The position numbers and the translations under genes were made by a program. The notes under the pieces are model-generated. The model was not told the origin of the DNA. It saw only the letters and a list, made by a program, of their open reading frames with translations, and made no database searches. From a virus (lineage: Duplodnaviria > Caudoviricetes), in IMG/VR virus record IMGVR_UViG_3300031227_000045, positions 1-58,916 of that record: a stretch of DNA of 58,916 bases, one strand, 5' to 3'. Below, one piece after another: positions 1 through 9,835 of the stretch; position 1 is the stretch's first letter, and each line of letters opens with the position of its first letter.

Positions 1-5
1 AGTCA

Positions 6-296
6 ATGCCATCTGAGTTATCTAATACGCAATTTGTAAAATGGTTGTTTCATAATGTCATTTATGAACCACACAAAGACTCTGGGTCACATGCTTTAGA
101 AATCCTAAGAGACTTAAATTATGGTGTTGCCCTAAAGGGTGGAGAATTAGTAGAAGTTAAACGTGAAGACATCTTTAAACAGTTTTGTGGTTATGCTCAA
201 AATAAAAACATCTGTGAGAAAAGTCGCTTTGCCAACTTAGACCAACCAGATTTTATTAAGTATGCACACATGAAAGAACAGAGTGGTAAACGATAA
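6..296 (+). CDS. hypothetical protein, probably the 3' end of a gene truncated by the window edge
   Basis: The frame is open to the window start; its stop overlaps the next ATG (TAATG). Confidence 0.55.
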   Translation: MPSELSNTQFVKWLFHNVIYEPHKDSGSHALEILRDLNYGVALKGGELVEVKREDIFKQFCGYAQNKNICEKSRFANLDQPDFIKYAHMKEQSGKR

Positions 297-1408
297 TGAA
301 AAATATTTTGTTCATTGGTCCGTACAGACAAACAGATGGGTGGGGGTTTGCCGCACGGGATTATATCCAAGCGTTAGCCCTAACTAAGCATAACATCAGT
401 GTTAAGCCAATATTTCTAGGACTGCCAAATGAAACAGGACTACCAGTATCTATTCTTCAACTGGAAAAAAAGGTCTTTGACACTAGACCAGATGTAGTTA
501 TACAAAATGTATTACCTCCATATATGGATTATCAACATGGTATGAAGAACATAGGGTTGTGTTTCTTAGAAACTGCCGGTCTAAGACATACTTCGTGGAT
601 GGACAAATTGAGCCTGATGGATGAAGTATGGGTAGCGTCAACCACAGAAAAGCACAACTTAGAAAACGATAGTTTAGATGTACCAGTACGTGTTGTACCC
701 ATGCCTGTTGATATGGAAGCAATCAAGAACTGTCATCAGCAGTGGCCGATAGCAGGCGATGAGGACTCTTTCGTTTTCTATGGCATATCTGAATATAGTG
801 AACGTAAGAACATACTAGCTTTGTTAGTAGCATTTTACAGCGAATTTCACCACACCGAGCCGGTACAACTGTTATTAAAGCTACATAAGCCTGGTGTGTC
901 TGAAACAGAGTTGTATCAATTAGTAGCAAAAGACCTTAGCACCCTTAAGAAAAGATTGCGTCTATACAACAACGGTTGGGGATATAATGACATATTATTA
1001 GTAGTACAAAATCTATCTCCACAAGATATGACTTCCATTCACAATAGATGTAATTGTTTTGTTATGCCTTCTCGTGGAGAATCTTTATGTCGCCCACTAA
1101 TGGATGCAATGTGTGTTGGTAACATGGTAATAGGCACTGGTAAAACTGGTATGGAGGACTTATTAACAGATGCGGCAAACGCCTGGATTGTAAAAAGTCA
1201 AACCACACCTGCCATGGCGGCACAACCACCATTGCCATATCTATATACTGGCCATGAAACCTGGGAAGAAGTAGACATATTACATCTTCGTAGTTGTATG
1301 AGAGAGGCATTTCTAAGGTGGAAAAAGAACCCAGACAAAACTAATCATCTCTGGTTACAAGGCTACAATTATAAGTCTATAGCTAATACCATGGAACAAA
1401 TACTATGA
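296..1408 (+). CDS. GT-B (GT4-like) glycosyltransferase
   Basis: N-terminal GPY..DGWG.AAR, DEVWVAS, ERKNI..LL.AF..EF, and FVMPSRGESLCRPLMDAMCVG (variant of the GT4 E-x7-E motif). Confidence 0.85.
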   Translation: MKNILFIGPYRQTDGWGFAARDYIQALALTKHNISVKPIFLGLPNETGLPVSILQLEKKVFDTRPDVVIQNVLPPYMDYQHGMKNIGLCFLETAGLRHTSWMDKLSLMDEVWVASTTEKHNLENDSLDVPVRVVPMPVDMEAIKNCHQQWPIAGDEDSFVFYGISEYSERKNILALLVAFYSEFHHTEPVQLLLKLHKPGVSETELYQLVAKDLSTLKKRLRLYNNGWGYNDILLVVQNLSPQDMTSIHNRCNCFVMPSRGESLCRPLMDAMCVGNMVIGTGKTGMEDLLTDAANAWIVKSQTTPAMAAQPPLPYLYTGHETWEEVDILHLRSCMREAFLRWKKNPDKTNHLWLQGYNYKSIANTMEQIL

Positions 1409-2376
1409 CACAAATACGTTCGTTAGTAAGAAAATCTACCAAGTCAGACAATTTCAAAGCATTTAGCCTGTTCTGGGATGGTGGATTTGACATAGACCTT
1501 ACATCTACAGGACTACAACTCTGTGGTGTACAAGATACTGCCGTCAGGGGATGGGAACCGATATCACCATCAGATAGTAGCGCTATACAGTTTGTGTCAA
1601 GCGATTTTACGCCGTATGGTCACGACCTAACATTTGATTTTATTATTTGCAACGATAGATTAAAGCAATTTGATGTTGCTAGACACCTATCTCACAAATT
1701 TCATTTACCATTAATCATTATAGACCACGCTACCCCTGGTGAATTAAATCTAACAGACATTGCGGTTGTTAATCAAAGTCGTGAATTTGCTATCAGTGTT
1801 GGTTGCCATCCTTTAATTAGTAAGGAATGGGACTGTGACTTTACTATACCATATGGTATAAATGTAGTAGATGACATTGAGCGAGACAGAACCAATGATG
1901 TATTAATACATGGTTCATTTTACCAACTGATTGAACAACAACAACCGCTTATTGAAAAAATTGTTAATGACACCAAGGCTAAGTTGTTTGGTCATAATAA
2001 GAAGCTTTCTAAACCATTCGCTTCATGGAGTCAATGTGAGACTGAACTATTAGACAGTAAAATTTATGTTAATCTATCAACAACACACTCACTTCCAAGA
2101 GGATTGTTATTAGCCATGGCTCATGGGTGTGCAGTAGTAACCAATTCTATTGATTTAACAGATGCAATCTTAGACAACAGACAAAATTGCATCATCATAA
2201 AAAACATTGAAGACATTACACCGTCTGTAAAGGAGCTATTAAACAACCCCATGTTGCGCACTAAACTGGCAACTAATGCTAGACAAACTATATTAGACAA
2301 TTTCCCAATGGACAAATTTGTTACTGAATGGAAGAATCTAATCAACACGTTTAAAGGAACATTATATTTACCATGA
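1405..2376 (+). CDS. GT-B (GT4-like) glycosyltransferase
   Basis: C-terminal KIYVNLS..SLPRGLLLAMAHGCAVV and LATNARQTILDNF....FVTEW are typical of Glycos_transf_1; ATGA overlap with the previous gene. Confidence 0.75.
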   Translation: MTQIRSLVRKSTKSDNFKAFSLFWDGGFDIDLTSTGLQLCGVQDTAVRGWEPISPSDSSAIQFVSSDFTPYGHDLTFDFIICNDRLKQFDVARHLSHKFHLPLIIIDHATPGELNLTDIAVVNQSREFAISVGCHPLISKEWDCDFTIPYGINVVDDIERDRTNDVLIHGSFYQLIEQQQPLIEKIVNDTKAKLFGHNKKLSKPFASWSQCETELLDSKIYVNLSTTHSLPRGLLLAMAHGCAVVTNSIDLTDAILDNRQNCIIIKNIEDITPSVKELLNNPMLRTKLATNARQTILDNFPMDKFVTEWKNLINTFKGTLYLP

Positions 2377-2783
2377 CTAAACTTACAGTTGTACATACCG
2401 AACCACAAAGCGACAATGAAATTCACATTACACAAATAGACACCGTAGTAAAGAATGCCATTGACCACTTGGTTGTAGGAGATAGTTTAGATTATATTGA
2501 AAATAGACTGGCCGGTTTAAAATTGTTGGTTTCTAAATTGCGCTATGATGGCATAATAGAGGTATCTGGCGTAGATATTTTTGCCCTCGCTAGAACTATA
2601 CATATGGCCTCCCAATCGTTACCAATGATTAACCAAATACTGTATAGTGGCCGACAGTCTATAGACTCCCTCAGAGGAATATTAGATGTGTTTAAACAAT
2701 ACGGCCTAGAAATACAAATCAAACAATTAAACGATGACTATATTTATTACGTAAAGGCTAAACGATGCTTCCCCCAATCTTAA
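2373..2783 (+). CDS. truncated class I SAM methyltransferase-like protein
   Basis: DSLDYI...LKLLVSKLRYDGIIEV resembles the methyltransferase post-motif-II L..LKPGG segment; no GxGxG motif visible. Confidence 0.45.
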   Translation: MTKLTVVHTEPQSDNEIHITQIDTVVKNAIDHLVVGDSLDYIENRLAGLKLLVSKLRYDGIIEVSGVDIFALARTIHMASQSLPMINQILYSGRQSIDSLRGILDVFKQYGLEIQIKQLNDDYIYYVKAKRCFPQS

Positions 2784-3592
2784 CTTCATGTAAAGACTGC
2801 TGTTTCGCCACATATGTTGATAATACTCAGGTTGGCTGCCAGGTTAGTATGATTGACAGGTTTAAGGCTGTAAATACTGTTGTTGATGCTTACGACAAAG
2901 ACAAAGAGTTCTTCGTTATATTAAATCATCAATGTATGCTTAAGCGCAGCCATGTGTGGAAAGATGAAAATGTATCATCTCAAATGTTTTGTCATGTGTT
3001 ATATGATACCCCATTCCCATATCATGTTGTCATTCTAGGTGATGATAGCGCCACGGACATTGTAGATACCATTAACAACATGGAAGGACAAACTCTTCTT
3101 CCTGCTAAAATTTCTGTTATAAGACCGTTTGGTTCTACGTCAAATATTACAACTGTTAGAGTAGCATTAGCTGATGTTGCCTTTAAGTCTGGTATCAAAT
3201 GGAGACTAGAAAATATCTTAAATCCAGATATTAATTTACCTACTACAATGCAACAATTGGTACTTAACAACAACAAAATTCCATATGTGGTATTTATAGA
3301 TGCTGGTATATTGTTAAGTAAAACCACACTAGCAGAGATTAGAGAAAAAATCTACATAGACTTATTACAATTTTCAGCAATAGAGTATCACGGTGTAACC
3401 ATTATGCCATTCAACATTTGGAAATACTTTAAACTAACAAGTAATCCTCAACACTCTATTGTAGATAACATTAGACAAAGTAATATTGCAGAAGAAAAAG
3501 ACGAATACACTAACATACATCAATTAACCAAATTAGTACCACAATGCCTATTAAACCAAAAACTACTATCATATACGCCGGTTCTGAGCTAA
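2765..3592 (+). CDS. hypothetical protein with N-terminal Cys cluster and degenerate GT-A (GT2-like) domain
   Basis: CKDCCFA..GC N-terminus; GQTLLPAKISVI and PYVVFIDAG resemble GT2 strands and the DxD region. Confidence 0.45.
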   Translation: MLPPILTSCKDCCFATYVDNTQVGCQVSMIDRFKAVNTVVDAYDKDKEFFVILNHQCMLKRSHVWKDENVSSQMFCHVLYDTPFPYHVVILGDDSATDIVDTINNMEGQTLLPAKISVIRPFGSTSNITTVRVALADVAFKSGIKWRLENILNPDINLPTTMQQLVLNNNKIPYVVFIDAGILLSKTTLAEIREKIYIDLLQFSAIEYHGVTIMPFNIWKYFKLTSNPQHSIVDNIRQSNIAEEKDEYTNIHQLTKLVPQCLLNQKLLSYTPVLS

Positions 3593-4125
3593 CTACACAG
3601 GACTATCCAAACCTAGAGGTTATCTGTGAAGAAACAGATAAGCCTGCTGAGCTATTTAATCGTCATATAGAACAGGGGTTCGGAGACAGTGTAGTAGTTG
3701 GCTTCATGGGGCGGGATTACGATTTCACTATGGATAATGCTGTGTCTCTGATGGTAGATAAACTGTCTGATGCGGCTATTATTGGTGCTGTATATGCTGA
3801 TTTGATAGTAGAAAATGTCATAGATGAATCATCCACTATGATGGCTAATCAATACTTACCAGCATTTCATGCCAATCTGTTAAGCGGACACATACCTATA
3901 ATGTCTCCGGTGTTTATAAAAACTAACTTACTTACACAACAGAGATTTCACCCTAAGTTAAAAAAGCTATATCATTGGTTATTTTTCTTAACCATTAGTC
4001 AAAACATCTTGAGCGCACATATACCACTACCGTTATTTAAACGTCATCAGGTATATGACGCTAATACTACAACAGCATCCGATTATAAATACATACAGCA
4101 ATGGCTAACGCAACAAGACACATAA
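3544..4125 (+). CDS. degenerate GT2-like protein
   Basis: QDYPNLEVI, IGAVYAD and HIPLPLF are GT-A-like segments; cluster context. Confidence 0.45.
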   Translation: MPIKPKTTIIYAGSELTTQDYPNLEVICEETDKPAELFNRHIEQGFGDSVVVGFMGRDYDFTMDNAVSLMVDKLSDAAIIGAVYADLIVENVIDESSTMMANQYLPAFHANLLSGHIPIMSPVFIKTNLLTQQRFHPKLKKLYHWLFFLTISQNILSAHIPLPLFKRHQVYDANTTTASDYKYIQQWLTQQDT

Positions 4126-4817
4126 CGGCTACTAAAGCCCCGCGCAAAACTAAAAAGTACAGCATTATTATACCTGCTGCTGGTGCGGGTACAAGAATGA
4201 TAACATATGGGGCTAAGTCATTAATCAAATTAACAACACACAAGACTGTATTAGATAGACAGATAAGTCTTGTTGATAAGGTGTTTGGTAAATATGAGAT
4301 TGTTTTAGTCACAGGATTTCAATCTGAGAGGGTAATGAATGCAGCACCACACCATCTTATTCAAGTGCAAAATCCACATTATCAAGAAACTAATGTAGCA
4401 TATAGTATAGGACTGGGTTTGAGGGCAGCAACAACCAACAATATAGTAATCCTTTATGGTGACTTAGTATTTAATGTTGAAGCACTGAGGGTGCCATTTG
4501 ATAGAGACTCAGCTTTAGTCGTGTGTAATACTATGAAGGAAGAAGAGGTAGGCTGTGTTCTTCATAAAAATATGGTTGAACAAATCTTCTATGGGTTGGA
4601 CAACAAATGGGCGCAAATTGCATACTTTACCGGTCAACCGTTAGAAATGCTTAGGACTCAAACGTGGGATAAAACCAACAACAAATGTTTTACATTTGAA
4701 GTTATCAATAATATTTTAGATGCGGGGCATCAAATTAAAGCTTTTATACCAAAAAATGCTCAAGCTATTGACATTGATACTTCCAAGGACATAGAAAGGG
4801 CAAAGAAAATCAAATGA
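4101..4817 (+). CDS. sugar/phospho-ligand nucleotidyltransferase (NTP_transferase, LicC/MobA-like)
   Basis: IIPAAGAGTRM...KSL, NPHYQETN..YS, ILYGDLVF, IDIDT..D. Confidence 0.85.
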   Translation: MANATRHITATKAPRKTKKYSIIIPAAGAGTRMITYGAKSLIKLTTHKTVLDRQISLVDKVFGKYEIVLVTGFQSERVMNAAPHHLIQVQNPHYQETNVAYSIGLGLRAATTNNIVILYGDLVFNVEALRVPFDRDSALVVCNTMKEEEVGCVLHKNMVEQIFYGLDNKWAQIAYFTGQPLEMLRTQTWDKTNNKCFTFEVINNILDAGHQIKAFIPKNAQAIDIDTSKDIERAKKIK

Positions 4818-5695
4818 AGATAATGTTTTCGTCCAACTCTTTACAAGATGGCTATATGTATAGTATCAGTCATGCGTTTAAAGCTATCGGTGAAAAGATA
4901 GTACATTGGTCACCACAAGTTTCTGCATTTGATGCTTTAGACTTAGAAAAACCAGATGTAATATTTGTAACACACAAAAACCTAACCAGGGAAACCCTGC
5001 TAGCATTACATGAATATCCTGATATGCGTATTGTATTATATGGTATCAATCTACCACTTAAAATGACAGAGGGTTGTCCTCCATCACTAGTGATATTACC
5101 ACCGCACACACCCGAACATATCAGACAACACATTGAACATGATAATGTTATACATGCTAATTATGCGGCAGATATTGTAAACTTTACCAAGGGCTATTAT
5201 AGAGATAAAACTAAAAGTGATATTCTAATTATCACCGATGTAAATACTAGTATCGACATGATAGCTCTTGAACAAATTAACAGTTTATTAGCATATCCTG
5301 ATTTGTCTATTAAGTGTGCTGGATATAGAATACCAAGTGCTTTATATATTGGTAGTATGGATGCTCATACACTTACTTGTTTTATACAATCAACCAAAAT
5401 GGTAATTGTCTATTCTCTAGATATGTTATACAATTGTATTATCAATAGAACTTTTTGTGTCACACCTTATAAACAGGAGTTAATGCCACAGTTCTTAGAC
5501 AGTGACGGGTTAATAGAAAGCATAGAAAAATACTTAAATGAAAACAAACTAAAAAATAGTATGACTAAAAAGGCGGCTAAACAAGTTCGTAAAGAACATA
5601 CATATTTTCATCGAGTCATGGAACTTGGTGAAGCTTTAGACATCCCAGAATGGGTTAGCAAGGCCACCGATACATTACCAAGGTACATAACATGA
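4814..5695 (+). CDS. CgeB-like / Glyco_trans_1_2 glycosyltransferase
   Basis: KPDVIF N-terminal motif and C-terminal V.KEHTYFHRV signature. Confidence 0.65.
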   Translation: MKIMFSSNSLQDGYMYSISHAFKAIGEKIVHWSPQVSAFDALDLEKPDVIFVTHKNLTRETLLALHEYPDMRIVLYGINLPLKMTEGCPPSLVILPPHTPEHIRQHIEHDNVIHANYAADIVNFTKGYYRDKTKSDILIITDVNTSIDMIALEQINSLLAYPDLSIKCAGYRIPSALYIGSMDAHTLTCFIQSTKMVIVYSLDMLYNCIINRTFCVTPYKQELMPQFLDSDGLIESIEKYLNENKLKNSMTKKAAKQVRKEHTYFHRVMELGEALDIPEWVSKATDTLPRYIT

Positions 5696-6156
5696 AACTA
5701 GGATTTTTAGTACAAACACTCGGAACATCGCAATTAGGAACTTATCTTATATTAGAGGTAAATAAACTAATTCAACAATACCCCCATATAGATACCATGG
5801 TATTCTATGAAGAATATGATAAAATTCCAATACAACCACGATTTACATTGATGCAAAGTTATCATGTACAAAGTTTTACCGGTCCAGTAATTTCAACATG
5901 CTTACAAACAACACGATTACTCAAACACTTACATCAAGTAACACACAAATATTTTTATGTATGGAACCTAGAATGGGTTATTGCAGATTTTCCATTCAAT
6001 GTGTTATCTGACTTATATCAAGATGATGACATTAAATTAATAGCTCGTAGTGTTTATCATGCTGATATTATAACCAAACTATGGAAACAACCTACAATAA
6101 TACTAGAGGATTTTAATTATGAGACCCTTAACCAAATCGCTTCAAACAGCGTCTAA
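5692..6156 (+). CDS. hypothetical protein, GT-B N-terminal domain-like
   Basis: VISTC..T, KYFYVWNLEW and LIARS..HA resemble a GT4 N-lobe; ATGA overlap. Confidence 0.4.
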   Translation: MKLGFLVQTLGTSQLGTYLILEVNKLIQQYPHIDTMVFYEEYDKIPIQPRFTLMQSYHVQSFTGPVISTCLQTTRLLKHLHQVTHKYFYVWNLEWVIADFPFNVLSDLYQDDDIKLIARSVYHADIITKLWKQPTIILEDFNYETLNQIASNSV

Positions 6157-6949
6157 GAAATTAGACATATTATCATTAGACAAACTAACATGGTTTCTGA
6201 AAGAAACTTTTGAAACCAGAGAAATGAGTGTGCCCGCCATAGCTAAATTATGTGACACTTATCCTAATAGAATCAGAAGACTACTGAAAAAATGTGGTTT
6301 TACTACTCGTAGTAGGAGTGAGGCACAAGCACTAGCATTACAACAAGGACGACATCCACATCCCACTAAAGGAAAAAAGCGCTCACAGGAAACTAAGGTT
6401 GCCATTAGCGAAACAATGAGTGATGTTTGGAAAAATTTGACACCGGTTGAACAAGAGTATCGTTCACAAATAGGTAGAGACCATTGGAATTCGTTAACCG
6501 AACAAGAACAACAAGACCTACATAATAAAGCTAATGAGGGTATTAGAAAGGCTGTAAAAGAAGGCTCACAATTAGAAAGACATTTACTAAAAGAGTTATT
6601 GGTTGCTGGTTATCATGTTGATTTTCATAGAGACCAAGTAATAAAAAATGAACAACTTCAAATTGACTTGTTACTACCTGGGATTTCAGTCGCTATTGAA
6701 GTAGATGGTCCAAGTCATTTTCTACCAGTATGGGGTGAAGAAACCTTACAAAAAACACAGGCGGCAGACTCACAAAAAAACGGGCTATTACTAGACTTAG
6801 GCTATTGTGTTATAAGGGTACAACAACGAAAAAATCTTTCAAATAAGTACAAGCGAGATGTAGTTAACGCCGTATTGGCAACATTGGTTAAAATCCAAAC
6901 CAAATTTCCGAGTAGAAGTAACAGATACATTGTATTAGGAGACATTTAA
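6119..6949 (+). CDS. HTH/NUMOD3 + Vsr/DUF559-type PD-(D/E)xK endonuclease (homing-endonuclease-like)
   Basis: KGKKRSQETKVAISE (NUMOD3); SQLE..QIDLL...AIEVDGPSHF...D..KN..L..LGYCVIRV. Confidence 0.75.
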   Translation: MRPLTKSLQTASKKLDILSLDKLTWFLKETFETREMSVPAIAKLCDTYPNRIRRLLKKCGFTTRSRSEAQALALQQGRHPHPTKGKKRSQETKVAISETMSDVWKNLTPVEQEYRSQIGRDHWNSLTEQEQQDLHNKANEGIRKAVKEGSQLERHLLKELLVAGYHVDFHRDQVIKNEQLQIDLLLPGISVAIEVDGPSHFLPVWGEETLQKTQAADSQKNGLLLDLGYCVIRVQQRKNLSNKYKRDVVNAVLATLVKIQTKFPSRSNRYIVLGDI

Positions 6950-7845
6950 TGAGCGATTTAGCAACCGGTAAAGTAACCGCTGAAGACATTAGGGTTGAAT
7001 TAGTAGAGCTAGGACTAACCAGAGAACAAGCTGATGCTATTAAGGGTAAGGCTAATCTTTCAGCTAAAAGAGATGGGTTGACAAAACAAGACGAAGACCT
7101 ACCAGATTTAGATGAGGCACAAATTGATATAGTAGAAGACGAAGTGCAAAAAACTGATACTATTGATATCATATCTATTGATGACCCAAAGTGGAACGAC
7201 TTTGTACTATCTCAGTTAACGACAGAAGAAAAGGTCAAGGATAATCCAACAGTAGATGGATTACGTAGGGTAGCCCAACAACTTATTGGACCTATTATCA
7301 ATATGCATACTCATATAGTACAAGCGCCAACTCCAGAAAATGAAAAAAGAGCAACTGTTACTGTTTATTTAAAATTTAACGTACAATCTCCACATTGTAA
7401 GTATTATGGTAATATCGAAGTTATGGGTAGCGCTGATTCATACTGGGGTAACACCGATAAGATATATCGTAATCACCCTACTGCGGTAGCAGAAACCAGA
7501 GCAGAAGGACGTGCCCTACGACGTATTCTTAGACTGCGCAAGGTTATAGCAGCAGAAGAACAGGCAGACGAAACTGAAATGGAAACTCTTGGTATGGAGA
7601 CAGTCGGCAAGATTACCCAACCACAGATTTCATATTTAGAAATTACCTGTCGAGATAAATTGGGTATAAATGTCAGGAATTTTATCAACAAAGAGCTACC
7701 AATGGTGAAGAATGTTATTAACATCTCCCATGCAGAAGCGCTGGGATTATTTAAGGTTTTGTCATCATATCAAGCTACTGGTGTTCCAGAAGATTTGCAA
7801 GGTTATGATGGCGCAGATTGGAAAACTAATTTAACAGGAGAGTAA
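6949..7845 (+). CDS. putative Rad52/Sak-like single-strand annealing protein
   Basis: AVAETRAEGRALRRILRL resembles the Rad52-family A.T.A.kRA helix; C-terminal helical repeat ITQPQI. Confidence 0.45.
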   Translation: MSDLATGKVTAEDIRVELVELGLTREQADAIKGKANLSAKRDGLTKQDEDLPDLDEAQIDIVEDEVQKTDTIDIISIDDPKWNDFVLSQLTTEEKVKDNPTVDGLRRVAQQLIGPIINMHTHIVQAPTPENEKRATVTVYLKFNVQSPHCKYYGNIEVMGSADSYWGNTDKIYRNHPTAVAETRAEGRALRRILRLRKVIAAEEQADETEMETLGMETVGKITQPQISYLEITCRDKLGINVRNFINKELPMVKNVINISHAEALGLFKVLSSYQATGVPEDLQGYDGADWKTNLTGE

Positions 7846-8205
7846 TTGATGAAGGCATATTTTAGACCATCACCTAAACTAACTATAGAATTTGATGCTA
7901 GTGACCACAAAGAGTTATTTGAAAGACTGGCACAAGTACAAGAAATAGTAGTTCACCAATGTGGTAAGTGTAAGGCACAAGCTGACAACCTAATCTTTAA
8001 AGTACGAGTAGTAGATGATAATAAGTTCTACGAATTAAAGTGTGCTAAATGTGGTGCCATGTTAGTATTTGGCTCGCATAGGAAAGGTGGGACACTTTTC
8101 CCCAAGAGGTATGTTGAAGAGAATGGTAAGAAAAAGATACCAGTGGAGTGGTTGCCGCATAACGGCTGGACTAAGTGGGATGCTGAAAAAGGTATTCGTG
8201 TGTAG
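7846..8205 (+). CDS. small zinc-ribbon protein
   Basis: CGKC and CAKC pairs; AGGAG Shine-Dalgarno upstream. Confidence 0.65.
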   Translation: MMKAYFRPSPKLTIEFDASDHKELFERLAQVQEIVVHQCGKCKAQADNLIFKVRVVDDNKFYELKCAKCGAMLVFGSHRKGGTLFPKRYVEENGKKKIPVEWLPHNGWTKWDAEKGIRV

Positions 8206-8233
8206 CCCACACTCTCTCAGATTTCGTTCATTT

Positions 8234-8266
8234 AAAAGGGTGGTACTCTCGGGTGCCACCCTTTTT
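8234..8266. terminator. bidirectional intrinsic terminator between convergent arms
   Basis: AAAAGGGTGGTAC-TCTCGG-GTGCCACCCTTTTT, with an A-tract on one side and a T-tract on the other. Confidence 0.85.
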
Positions 8267-8270
8267 CTAT

Positions 8271-9104
8271 TTAACCACCGCAACACCTGTGTTCAGACGC
8301 CGGAACCGTATGTTTAGCTGTTTCCTTAGCCACCACTTTATCAAGTTCGTCTGTGTTTAGCTCTGAGGTGTCCACTTTTACATCTGCTTCCCATTTTGAC
8401 ACTGGTAAAGTACAGCTTTCTGTAGCCCAAGCCAATTTATTCATTAGTAAAGTATCCCTTTTAATACGACATCCGCAAATACCGCAACTATCTGAATCAA
8501 ATGCTTCACATTGTGAACACACAGTATCATATAACTCTTGAACTCTTTCTAAAGTTCTAGTTGGCTTGCCCGCCTTAACCCACTTAGCTCTTGCATAGAT
8601 AAAACGTTTAACACGCTCTGTAAATGTGGATTTTCCTAACTCTTGAATCTTTCCAATTGATAGTGAGTTCAAATAATCAGGCAGATGAATAAAATCTAAT
8701 ATCTTTCTGGGAATATCAGCATCCGTAGAACATATACATAACAAATTATCGTTATTTATACAACCCATAACCGTATTATAATATTCACCATCTCCCTCTG
8801 TATAATTGTTCTCATTCTGTGTTACTAAAATAAACTTAGCCTCGGGAAATAAAGTTTGTATTCTATCCCAATCCCTATCAATAGTATATCCAGCTAAAAC
8901 TGGAAATCGACTAGCTAATGAATTGTAATCTGGTTTTTTACAATCTGGTTGATACATATTACGACCACTACCAATACCTAGTACTCTAAACACCTCTAGT
9001 ATTACTCTTTGGCTACCACTTGGTCGACTACCAATTAAAACTATAAGTGGTAATGTAAAAATCTCACCTGTTGCAGGAAGAATTAACCGTTTGTATTTGT
9101 TCAT
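8271..9104 (-). CDS. degenerate sulfotransferase-like domain fused to a Cys-rich domain
   Basis: VLIGSRPSGS..LG and TLFPEAKFILVT resemble P-loop sulfotransferases; C-terminal CSQCE..CGICGC..KLAWATESC..KW. Confidence 0.5.
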   Translation of the reverse strand: MNKYKRLILPATGEIFTLPLIVLIGSRPSGSQRVILEVFRVLGIGSGRNMYQPDCKKPDYNSLASRFPVLAGYTIDRDWDRIQTLFPEAKFILVTQNENNYTEGDGEYYNTVMGCINNDNLLCICSTDADIPRKILDFIHLPDYLNSLSIGKIQELGKSTFTERVKRFIYARAKWVKAGKPTRTLERVQELYDTVCSQCEAFDSDSCGICGCRIKRDTLLMNKLAWATESCTLPVSKWEADVKVDTSELNTDELDKVVAKETAKHTVPASEHRCCGG

Positions 9105-9835
9105 AAATGAACACCTAGATTGGTTGTTCCACCAAAGAAATAAACACCGGCTACGCCAGTAAATTGACCATCTTTATAAGATGCACTTGAACCAACACCA
9201 ACAGGATTGGGTGGAGACCATACAAAATTTGTAATTTGTTCAATAGGAACTTGTGAATTAGTACTAGCTATTTTGATATCTTTATCTCTACTGGTTATAC
9301 CAAGAGGAAAAGAGTTTAGTATATTTGTTTCTTGGGTTATGGGAGATTCCCATAACAACTCACCGTTGTGATACAAATCTAATCTTATTTCTTTTTCCCA
9401 TTCATATGTACCATCTGCTACTACCACATAACGAGCTTCTAATTGGCGCATTATCACAGATACCCAACTACCCACTGCGCCAAACCACACATCTACTAGT
9501 ATAGTTCCTTCTATCCATTGACTGTCAAAAAAGGCATAATTACTGTCATCTAAACCACATAGTCCTTCTTGAATGTCTTGTGTTTGATGTAACATAAAAC
9601 GCCCTTGGGTAACATACCAATTTAATTGTGGATAATTAGTTGGTAAACCAGATACCTTGGGATTAACCAAACAACATTCTTTATTGATGGGGCGGTTATG
9701 TAAAGATGTACCAAAGTCATCCATAAAATAATCAAACGCATGTTTAAACTCATGTCGTCCAAACATAATGCGCGCCTTAGTCGTTAATAATTTCGTTCTG
9801 TTTTTCTTAAGTTCCCCTATTACAATATCTGTCAT
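9101..9835 (-). CDS. hypothetical protein, possible tail-tip/receptor-binding component
   Basis: Beta-rich sequence, translationally coupled downstream of the large tail protein. Confidence 0.4.
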   Translation of the reverse strand: MTDIVIGELKKNRTKLLTTKARIMFGRHEFKHAFDYFMDDFGTSLHNRPINKECCLVNPKVSGLPTNYPQLNWYVTQGRFMLHQTQDIQEGLCGLDDSNYAFFDSQWIEGTILVDVWFGAVGSWVSVIMRQLEARYVVVADGTYEWEKEIRLDLYHNGELLWESPITQETNILNSFPLGITSRDKDIKIASTNSQVPIEQITNFVWSPPNPVGVGSSASYKDGQFTGVAGVYFFGGTTNLGVHL

